A DNA stretch of 64,000 nt from Arenicellales bacterium. Lineage in GTDB: Bacteria; Pseudomonadota; Gammaproteobacteria; Arenicellales; Poriferihabitantaceae. The DNA is taken from NCBI GenBank assembly GCA_965200715.1, contig OZ241374.1, positions 2,917,031 to 2,981,030 of the forward strand. Direction: 5' to 3'. The notes beneath the pieces are model-generated. The model ran no database searches, was not told the DNA's origin, and saw only the letters and a program-made list of their open reading frames with translations. This document shows positions 9,308 to 17,335 of the stretch, one piece after another. Position 1 is the stretch's first letter. Each line of letters starts with the position of its first letter. The position numbers were made by a program, and so were the translations under genes.

Positions 9308-11172
9308 ATGAACAGTCCAGTTAAGCCCTCGAAATCCGATCCACCGCTGCTCAATTTGCGCCTGGTGCGATACGATGAAATGGCGCAATACGATGATTTC
9401 ATGGATCAATACCATCGTCGTGGTGCCTTGAGACGGATCGGTCACGAGCTGCACTATGTGGTGGAAGATCGGGGGCAGTGGATTGCACTGATCAGTTTTT
9501 CTCCGGCCGCGCTGAAGTGTTCGGCCCGAGATCAGTGGATTGGCTTGATCTCGCAAATCCAGAACGACCGGTTGCGGTTTATCGTGAACAATTCGCGCTT
9601 CCTGATTTTGCCCGGTCATGCTGTTCCGAATCTGGGCTCGCGGATTCTGTCGACCTGCCGCAAGCGGCTTGCGAGTGACTGGATGAGGCATTTTTCCCAA
9701 CCGTTGTTATTGCTTGAGACCTTTGTTGATACGGATTTCCACGTGGGAACGATTTATCGTGCCGATAACTGGGTGTTGGCGGGAAAGACCCGAGGCTACC
9801 GGCGGGTGCATGGTGGCTATAGTCCGACTCCGACCGAGTCGGTCAAGTTGGTATTTGTGAAACCCCTGCATGCGGATGCCCAGGTGATCTTGCGAGCCCA
9901 GCCGCTTCCGGATGTGGATCAATATCGAGTGAAGAAGATGAATTTGGCAATTGAAGACTATGGTTCCCTGTACGACTATTTCCAGGGCATGAAGGATGTT
10001 CGCAGTCGCCAGGGCAGACGGCATGAACTGGCCAGCGTATTGTCCCTGATCGCTGCGGCGATGTTAAGTGGTGCGATCGGGTATAAGGGCATCTGGATCT
10101 GGTGCGATGAGTTGTCGCAGGCCAATCGTCGGCATTTCCACTGTCGAAGATGGAGAGGCAAGCGAATCACCCCTTCCATCACCTGTATTCGCAATACCAT
10201 GATCCAGGTGAATCCCGACCGACTGCAACAGCTGGTCAACCGGTTCAGCATCCAGCATTTCGGTTTGCCTTTTGAGCCGCTTGCGATTGATGGCAAGGTG
10301 CTGTGTGGTTCGAAAGGCGAGCACCATCGTCAGACCCAGGTTATGAATGTGGTGGGGCATGATAGTGGGTTTTGCTATGCGAAAAAAAAGTAGGGACGTT
10401 GCCGGTTGAGGGATCAGACGAGGAGAAGCAGTCGAACGAGATCAAGTTTTTCGCCCCGACTCTTGAGCAGATGGATATTGCCGGAAGGACGATCACGGCG
10501 GACGCGATGAATACCCAGATTGCATCGGCCAATTACATGATCGAACGCGGGGCGGATTTTCATTTTTCGGTCAAGGGCAACCAACCCGGTCTGCTCGAGG
10601 ATATCCAGGTCTGGTATGAGCAGCAAGGTCAGTTTCAGGAGCCGGATTTCGAAGAGCCGTTGGAGAAAGATCATGGGCGCATCACGCAACGCAAGATCTG
10701 GGTAACCGATCGGTTGAATGAATAGGTTGAATTCCCACATGTACAACCGGTATTTGTGATTGAGCGAAACGTCAAGGACCCCAAGGGGGAAAATCCAGAT
10801 CGTGTCGAGATCGTGTATGGCATCACCTCGCAGCATCAGGATCAGACAACCGCAGAAGAAATTCTGAAAACCAATAGAGGACATTGGTCGGTCGAGACCG
10901 CCCATCAGGTGCTGGACAATCCGCATGCCTTTGATGAGGACGGCAGCCGCATCCGCTGTGGGCACGGTCCGGAAAACATGGCCTGCATGCGACGTCTTGC
11001 CCTGACCCTGCTGCGCTATTATCAGCAGCGCAATCGTCAACCGATCACGGAACAGATCGAACGACTCAAGTACAACCCGCGACGCGTGCTTGACTATCTC
11101 CGGCTGACTGGCAACACCCGGCCCAGAAGGCGATCACCAACCGAGTGTTGGCCGCTATCGCTGGCTACCTAA
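9308..11172 (+). pseudogene. ISAs1-family (H-repeat-like) DDE transposase with N-terminal DUF4338-like domain, disrupted
   Basis: Three ORF pieces: 9308..10393, 10372..10725 and 10756..11172. N-terminal ARDQWIG..NNSRFLILP..LLLETFVD is homologous to the N-termini of the two 782-aa transposases. AIDGKVLCGS and ITADAMNTQ..FSVKGNQPGL are ISAs1 hallmarks. There is a frameshift at an A8 run (10382-10389) and an in-frame TAG at 10726. Confidence 0.75.
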
Positions 11173-11624
11173 GACAACCGACTGATATCTGCTGATTTTC
11201 GATGGCACCCGATGGGCGCCAGGTATCCGCTCGTGTCGATCTTGCCCACAGCACCGAAATCCTGGCGAAAGGATGCTCAATTCCAACGGATTAGCCGAAT
11301 ATCCGTCTAACCAACGCTCCCTGACCACATACAAATGGAAAAACAACCTCTGAAACCGAGCAAAAACGAGCGAATAAAAAAGAATAAATTTGCCTTGTTA
11401 TCCGATCTTTAACATTTTTGCGTTATCTGATCTAGGTCAAAATCCTATTTGGTCTATCTCTGGTCCATAAATATGCCCTTTTATGGCCTTTTTAGCCCCT
11501 TTTTTACGGATTTCGAGGCCTTCTAGAAAATGTAGTGACATGTAATAAGATATGGGTATTGACAGCGCTTGTAATCCACTGCTACGATTGCCTGTTCTGA
11601 AATACTGAATAGCTCCAATCGATC

Positions 11625-13469
11625 ATGTACATTCGTCAAGCCAAGACCGGAACCAGCTCAGATGGAACGGTCCACTACAGTTTCCGACTCGTCGAGAGCG
11701 TTCGAAATGGCGCACAAGTCCGACAGCTTACCTTGTTGAATCTAGGTCGTTATTTTTCAATTGAGCGGGAGTACTGGCCGCTACTCTGCCAGCGCATTGA
11801 AGAGTTGCGTAGCGGTCAGGTGCCCATTGGATATGGAGAGATCGACCCAACACTCGAAGCGGAAGCGCACCGCATTGCCAATCTTCTCAACCAGCGTCAG
11901 GGGCAGGCGGTCCCGGAACGCGTCTCGGTCGAGTCGGGACCGGACTGGCAAACCTTAGACCTCAATTCGGTCCAGGATCATGATGTGCGGACCATTGGAG
12001 GTGAATATGCGGCGCTTCAGGCGGTGCAGGAACTGGGACTGCCCGAGCGGCTGTTGGAATTGGGATTCAACCCTCGTCAGCAGCGGGTTGCCCTGGGTTT
12101 GATCATCGCCCGCATGATTGCTCCGGCATCCGACCGGCAAACGCATCACTGGCTGAGCAATATCAGTGCCACTGGGGAGTTACTCGGTCAGGACTTTGGT
12201 GCCTTGAGCGAGATGACGTTGCATCGGGTCTCGGATAAGCTGCTGGATCATCAGCAGGGCATCGAAGAGCAGGTATTTGAGCGGGCTTGCTCGCTGTTTC
12301 AGCTGCAGCCAACCTTGGCATTCTATGACTTAACCAATACCTATTTTGAAGGTTCGGCAGAGCAGATTCCCGAAGCCCAGTTTGGGCGTTCGAAAGAAAA
12401 GCGCAGTGACTGCCGGTTGCTGACCCTTGGACTGGTGGTGGATGCCAGTGGATTTGTGATGAAATCCCGCATGTTTGCCGGTAATGTTGCCGAAGTTCAG
12501 ACTCTTGAGACGATGATGGGTCAGCTTGGTGGGAAACCGGGAGCCGTTGTGGTCATGGACCGCGGCATTGCCTCGGCTTCCAACCTGGCTTGGCTGCGTG
12601 AGCAGGGCTATCAATATGTGGTGGTGTCTCGTGAGCAGACGCGGGAATTCGATTTCGAACATGCCCAGCTTGAAACCTTGACCAATCGCGCAAACCGGGA
12701 AGTACAGTATTACCAGGAGTTGGTGGAGCATCAGGAAAACGGGGAGACTTGGCAGGAATCCTATGTGCGTTGCTACTCGGAGGCGCGAGCTGACAAGGAA
12801 CAGTCACTGCTGAGGCATCATCAAAAGAACTATGAAGAACAGCTCACGCAACTCAATCATTCACTGGGTAAGCCCAAAGCCCGCAATACCATCGCCGTGA
12901 TTCAGCAACGTCTTGGTCGTCTGCACAAATCTCATTCCCGAGTTGCCCGGCATTATCAGCTGAATCTGATCACTACCGATGACGATACCCGGGTGAGTCG
13001 GGTCGACTGGCAGTTTGACCCAAAATCCGGCACCATGATGACCCATCCCGGCGTCTATGCCTTGCGCAGTAACATCCTCAACTGGGATGGGGAGACGCTC
13101 TGGAGGACCTATCATACCCTGACCGAAGTGGAGTCGGTGTTTCGTGCTCTGAAATCCGAACTGGGCATGCGACCGGTGTATCACCAGACCACTGAGCGCT
13201 GTTGTTCCCATCTATTGATCGCGGTACTGGCGTATCAGGCGGTGTGTGTGTTACGCACCCGCATGAAGGCGCAGGGCCATCATGACAGCTGGGGCATGAT
13301 TCGTGAAACTCTCAGCACCATCTGCAGAACCACAACCACCTTCCAGCGTCGGGATGGCCGCACCCTACATTTGCGAAAAACCGCCATGCCGGATGCCATC
13401 CAGTCCACGTTCTATCAGGCAATGGGATTGAAAACCCCACCTCGTAGACTGCAAAAAACCGTCGTCTAA
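11625..13469 (+). CDS. IS1634-like (IS4 superfamily) transposase
   Basis: 614-aa ORF starting MYIRQAKTGTSSDGTVHYSFRLVES, with YDLTNTYFEG and SKEKRSDCRLLTLGLVVD, all typical of IS1634-group transposases. GC is higher than in the flanks. The IS ends were not resolved (roughly 11.4-13.6 kb). Confidence 0.85.
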   Translation: MYIRQAKTGTSSDGTVHYSFRLVESVRNGAQVRQLTLLNLGRYFSIEREYWPLLCQRIEELRSGQVPIGYGEIDPTLEAEAHRIANLLNQRQGQAVPERVSVESGPDWQTLDLNSVQDHDVRTIGGEYAALQAVQELGLPERLLELGFNPRQQRVALGLIIARMIAPASDRQTHHWLSNISATGELLGQDFGALSEMTLHRVSDKLLDHQQGIEEQVFERACSLFQLQPTLAFYDLTNTYFEGSAEQIPEAQFGRSKEKRSDCRLLTLGLVVDASGFVMKSRMFAGNVAEVQTLETMMGQLGGKPGAVVVMDRGIASASNLAWLREQGYQYVVVSREQTREFDFEHAQLETLTNRANREVQYYQELVEHQENGETWQESYVRCYSEARADKEQSLLRHHQKNYEEQLTQLNHSLGKPKARNTIAVIQQRLGRLHKSHSRVARHYQLNLITTDDDTRVSRVDWQFDPKSGTMMTHPGVYALRSNILNWDGETLWRTYHTLTEVESVFRALKSELGMRPVYHQTTERCCSHLLIAVLAYQAVCVLRTRMKAQGHHDSWGMIRETLSTICRTTTTFQRRDGRTLHLRKTAMPDAIQSTFYQAMGLKTPPRRLQKTVV

Positions 13470-13679
13470 GTCAGACTCAACCTCCATTCATCCACCGAAA
13501 ATCGGTGGATGAATGCACTTGTAGTGCCACTCGATTTTTTTAATTGCAAATTATCAATAGGTTGGAACACTACATGTTAAACTTCGGTTATCTTCAATGA
13601 TAGAACTGAAATACCTTCCGATCGGCAATCATGTGGTTGTTGAGTTTTCTACGGAGGTAATGATTTCACGGCAGAGGTC

Positions 13680-13700
13680 GTTTCTGCCGCAAGCGGGTTT
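13680..13700. repeat. Orphan copy of the palindromic element (no porin attached)
   Basis: GGCAGAGGTCGTTTCTGCCGC is identical over 21 nt to the porin-linked copies. It then continues into the X flank instead of GGTGATG. Confidence 0.85.
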
Positions 13701-13815
13701 TGAAGGGGATTAAACTAATAGATAATCGTATTGTTGCAGACCAGTCCGTGTGATACAGAGTGGGCTGCAGATGTGGAGTTCAAGAACCTGATAACTGGAT
13801 TTAGGGCTATAGGGC
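13701..13815. repeat. X flank module (about 115 nt)
   Basis: AAGCGGGTTTTGAAGGGGATTAAAC....GATGTGGAGTTCAAGAACCTGATAACTGGATTTAG. It recurs inverted at 25050-25149 and 42230-42377, and as a short stub at 33786-33830. Confidence 0.75.
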
Positions 13816-13882
13816 TAGCGAGAATTTCCGTATAAAAATAACTCAGAGGACTCAAGAACTAGTCTATTGTGCAACGTGGCAT

Positions 13883-14410
13883 TTAACACAGACTTACGTA
13901 ATTTGGCCCTAAGTATTCTTCTATCTTTTCACCTTTGAGAGGCACCTCAGTGCCAGCAATTTCTGCATGCGATATGTTTTCAGAAAGTGCAGTATCGTAC
14001 ACGGCAATTGCCCGCATTCCATGATGATTAATTTCTCGGATAGTCTTAACGGAAATCTCAATAGAACCACAGTTTTTCTTTTTGTTATTTCCCTCTACTA
14101 ATTTAGTTGCCCGTAAGTTATGAGATTGCTGTGAAGTATACCCCTTTCGATCGGTAGACATGCCGTTTGTTATTCTTTGTTCAAAAAATGTGGGCTCTAT
14201 ACAACCATCAATTGACAAATAATTCTCAGAAGTAACAACTGAAAGAAGTGTTTCATGGTCATTTACAGGGCCGGGTGAGTAATCGCTTACTGAAACAAGC
14301 TCACATTCACAGCAGGGATGCTTTTTTCCTAGATCGTTCCAAAAATTTCGGCCTAACTTATTACGATTTTGAAAAAATTCTCTACATTTTGTTTCTTTAT
14401 TCTCGGTCAT
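13883..14410 (-). CDS. Hypothetical protein (module gene 2)
   Basis: 175-aa ORF that overlaps the upstream gene's 3' end by 14 nt. AT-rich. No domain recognised. Confidence 0.55.
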   Translation of the reverse strand: MTENKETKCREFFQNRNKLGRNFWNDLGKKHPCCECELVSVSDYSPGPVNDHETLLSVVTSENYLSIDGCIEPTFFEQRITNGMSTDRKGYTSQQSHNLRATKLVEGNNKKKNCGSIEISVKTIREINHHGMRAIAVYDTALSENISHAEIAGTEVPLKGEKIEEYLGPNYVSLC

Positions 14411-14867
14411 TTTGTGCCAGGAAGTTCGAAAGTACTTTCCAAACTTGACTCGTATCAGAGTTTACTACTGTTTCAAAATCTTCTTCAATCAACTGAATTT
14501 CATCACTTTCATAGTCACAGCACATTGATAATTTTCTATTTCCATTAAAATTTATTTCTGCATATCCTGCAAAATTATACCAATACAATACAACTTCTCC
14601 ATCTGGACTGGGCGCAGCACTAGTTGGTTCTTTTCCAAAAAAGCGACTCCTAAATTTATTCAAAAAATTTAACGATTGATAAATTGCTGATGATGGAATT
14701 TCCTTTGCACCATCTCCGTCCCAATTTTTTCCATAGGAAAAAAATTCTTGAATTCGTGCGTCAATCTTAGATTTTCGACCGTGTTCATCATTTGACAATA
14801 AATACGCATCTCGCATTGCATTAGAAAGCCGATCAACGCTAGCGTTCAGTTTTGAATTATCGTTCAT
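14397..14867 (-). CDS. Hypothetical protein (module gene 1) with shared leader and N-terminus
   Basis: 156-aa ORF with GGAGG SD. The first 20 codons (MNDNSKLNASVDRLSNAMRD) and about 170 nt of leader are homologous to 42399..42625. The rest is unrelated. Confidence 0.6.
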   Translation of the reverse strand: MNDNSKLNASVDRLSNAMRDAYLLSNDEHGRKSKIDARIQEFFSYGKNWDGDGAKEIPSSAIYQSLNFLNKFRSRFFGKEPTSAAPSPDGEVVLYWYNFAGYAEINFNGNRKLSMCCDYESDEIQLIEEDFETVVNSDTSQVWKVLSNFLAQNDRE

Positions 14868-15038
14868 ATCATTACCTCCATTTGTAGTCAGTATAGCGCG
14901 TCATACTGCTGAGATTTGCATGAAGAATAACGCGATAAAATACACTAATCATTTATATATTACCATTTTTTCTGGTATTTTTCATCATAACTGAACCGTA
15001 TGAATTATAAGAAGAAATAAGATGAAAATCCTTAGCGA
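14868..15038. promoter_or_regulatory. S flank module: conserved divergent leader between 14867(-) and the porin element
   Basis: Homologous to 42399..42565 (inverted). It contains a TATACT -10-like box and a GGAGG SD for the minus-strand gene. It also has ATGAAAATCC (15022) facing the porin, but in the +1 frame relative to it. Confidence 0.55.
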
Positions 15039-15064
15039 CAGAGGTCGTTTCTGCCGCGGTGATG
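15039..15064. repeat. Invariant 26-nt porin 5' element
   Basis: CAGAGGTCGTTTCTGCCGCGGTGATG, with the left arm as GACAGA. Confidence 0.9.
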
Positions 15065-15997
15065 TTGCCTATCGGGGCACAGGCGGATGTGTCCATTTAC
15101 GGGCGCATAACGAACGGAATTAAGTACGTTGATCCGGCGGAACCTGGTGCCGATTCAACGACCGATGTCCATAGCTATGGTTCACGATTTGGCTTTAAGG
15201 CCAATTCCGATCTGGGTAACGGCATGACTGCAATTGGTCATTTCGAGTTCCAAGCCAGTACCGACAATACAGGTGCCAACGCTGACGGGCTGGGGAATAT
15301 GAAAACCCGGCTTGGATATGTCGGGGTTGAAGGCGGATTCGGGAAAGTCACAATTGGCAACCAATCCGCGGCGTTTTATAACAATGTTCACTTTGATCGC
15401 AGTTTCTGGAACGGCGGACACGGAGGCTATCCGGGTAGCCGCTCTTCCAATACGATTAAGTATTCCAATGCCGTAGGGCCGTTAAGCTTTCAAGCCGACT
15501 TAAGAGTCGATGCTGCAGATGATGGAGCATATGAAGCAAATACCGAAGGTTTAGGCAAAGGCAATGGTGGAGCTTTGGGTTTACAAGCCGCATTATCCGA
15601 CAACCTGACTTTGGGATTTGGTTTTGACACTCAAGACCAGGCAGATATGACCGATGGCACGGAAACCGATGTTTTTGGCATGTCCGGGCTAGCTACCTTT
15701 GGCCAATTTGATGTTTCGCTAGCCTATGCAAACAAAGAAGTGTCTGGTGAAGAAGATACCCAGCTCATGCAGTTATGGGCCAGTGCAAGCCTAACCGATC
15801 AAACTCTTGCGCGGGTTGGATACGGGCAGGAAGATCAGGACGAAAGCGAAGCAACGCCAAGCACTCTGACCGCAGTATTGATTCACAATCTTGGAGGCGG
15901 TTTTCGAGTTTGGTATGAAGGCAATGCCACAGATGACGATGTAGCTGATATGGATACCAAAGTAACCCATGAATTTGGCTTGCGGTTTGACTTCTAA
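15059..15997 (+). CDS. Gram-negative porin family beta-barrel; 5' start unresolved
   Basis: DVSIYGRITNGIKY, GSRFGFKANSDLGNGMTAIGHFEF, NTIKYSNAVGPLSFQADLRV, C-terminal FGLRFDF. The upstream in-frame codons run into TGA without any ATG, GTG or TTG. Confidence 0.85.
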   Translation: MMLPIGAQADVSIYGRITNGIKYVDPAEPGADSTTDVHSYGSRFGFKANSDLGNGMTAIGHFEFQASTDNTGANADGLGNMKTRLGYVGVEGGFGKVTIGNQSAAFYNNVHFDRSFWNGGHGGYPGSRSSNTIKYSNAVGPLSFQADLRVDAADDGAYEANTEGLGKGNGGALGLQAALSDNLTLGFGFDTQDQADMTDGTETDVFGMSGLATFGQFDVSLAYANKEVSGEEDTQLMQLWASASLTDQTLARVGYGQEDQDESEATPSTLTAVLIHNLGGGFRVWYEGNATDDDVADMDTKVTHEFGLRFDF

Positions 15998-16026
15998 CCC
16001 CATATTGATTTAGAGGAAATTAAACA

Positions 16027-17223
16027 ATGAAACAAAATATTTTTATAGCGGCCCTATTGGCCGGTATGCTGGCACTCGCGGGTTGTGGGGGCGGAAGTAG
16101 TTCAAACAACAGCGGCGGTAATGATGACAAGACGCCACCTCCGCCACCACCGCCAACTACCACGAAAACCGCGGGCGTTCCAAATAATCTAGTAGTCCGA
16201 GGCGGTACGGCCGGACTATCGTTTAACCTTGCTACCGGTGAACTTCGGTTTATTGAAGGTTATTGGTTTAGATGTACAGGTGGAACCTGTGCCGGATCTG
16301 TGGCCGCTGGCGCACAGGTTGGCACAGTTTCTTACACTGGAACAGGGACTCTTGAGATTCTTACAAGCAACCCAACTCTGGCGGATTCAAGTACTGGTAA
16401 TATAGATCAGCCAACCGAATCTACCGATCCATTGAGTAATGATGTATTGCTTAAAGCGCTTCGAGGCACAGGTAGAGTTGCCACTGACAATACAGTTTGG
16501 AATGTCGGAGAAGGTGCTGGAACACGGCCCACTAACGGCACCACATTGCCATTTACCCCTTTAGATGGTTCGCGAATAGATCTAACGATTAGTGCGGCCG
16601 GAAGTTCCAACGACGCTTATTTTGGTCATTGGGTAAAGAGCACGGCAGACCTTACCAGCTCAGGAGATCAAGATACTCTTGTAAATCGGAACCTTGGTGA
16701 TCGAGGAACTGTATGGGGCGGGGCAATGCCTTATGGGAAAAAGCCTGACACTTCCCTAGGAACGGCCTCTTACGATGAAGATGATGCAGTATTGCTTTAT
16801 TTCAGTGGCAACGGAAGAACATGGACGAACGCTACTGGAAACCTTACTTTTAATGCCAATTTCGAAACAGGCATGGTAGGCGGAAATATCGTTGTAGTTC
16901 CCGGAGGTGCTACTGGACTTGTAGCGGCAACCGACAACATTGATCTTATGGCTACCATGATCGGAAATGATGGTAAGTTTTCTGGCTCTGCCAGCTTTAC
17001 CAACTCTAATGTTAGGCGTGATTCTGGTAGTTGGAACGGAGGGTTTTTTGGTCCTACAACAACAGTTACTGGAACACCGCCGGCAGAAGCTCATGCACCG
17101 CCAGATTTTGTAGCGGGTGCGTTTAGTGTTTCAAGGCCAGCGATCGGAACATCTACTACAGTTAGTGCAACAGCACAAAACCAGTTGCACATTCGCGGTG
17201 CATTTGGAGCAGACGACGGATAA
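16027..17223 (+). CDS. Surface lipoprotein with TbpB-like C-terminal region
   Basis: MKQNIFIAALLAGMLALAGCGGGSS lipobox, a PPPPPPP linker, C-terminal GGFFGP..AGAFSV..IRGAFGA. Starts 29 nt after the porin stop. Confidence 0.8.
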   Translation: MKQNIFIAALLAGMLALAGCGGGSSSNNSGGNDDKTPPPPPPPTTTKTAGVPNNLVVRGGTAGLSFNLATGELRFIEGYWFRCTGGTCAGSVAAGAQVGTVSYTGTGTLEILTSNPTLADSSTGNIDQPTESTDPLSNDVLLKALRGTGRVATDNTVWNVGEGAGTRPTNGTTLPFTPLDGSRIDLTISAAGSSNDAYFGHWVKSTADLTSSGDQDTLVNRNLGDRGTVWGGAMPYGKKPDTSLGTASYDEDDAVLLYFSGNGRTWTNATGNLTFNANFETGMVGGNIVVVPGGATGLVAATDNIDLMATMIGNDGKFSGSASFTNSNVRRDSGSWNGGFFGPTTTVTGTPPAEAHAPPDFVAGAFSVSRPAIGTSTTVSATAQNQLHIRGAFGADDG

Positions 17224-17234
17224 CTAACCAACCA

Positions 17235-17262
17235 AACCGGGGCGTAACAACCCCGGTTTTTT
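17235..17262 (+). terminator. Rho-independent terminator (conserved family)
   Basis: AACCGGGGCGTAACAACCCCGG followed by T6. Confidence 0.85.
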
Positions 17263-17335
17263 CTATACCGAAACCCCAAACCCATACGGCGGATCGGTTT
17301 GATCCCGTCAAGCAACTATCCCATAAGAAGAAGAA

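Noticed and set aside
13660-13720. The GC-rich palindrome GGCAGAGGTCGTTTCTGCC, with flanks ending ..GGGGATTAAAC, looked like a CRISPR repeat.
   Set aside because: The copies are kilobases apart, are not regularly spaced, mostly lie inside porin coding sequence, and have no cas genes nearby. It is not a CRISPR array.
13680-15064. Integron gene cassette with attC sites.
   Set aside because: No intI gene is present. There are no RYYYAAC/GTTRRRY core sites. The element is much shorter than an attC site and is embedded in a signal-peptide coding region.
15022-15121. ATGAAAATCCTT.. in the S flank as the true start of the porin at 15059 (MKIL.. would be a good n-region).
   Set aside because: It is in the +1 frame relative to the porin and terminates after 33 codons. 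There is no slippery or frameshift-prone motif that I could defend. I kept it as an open question inside the findings rather than calling it a start.
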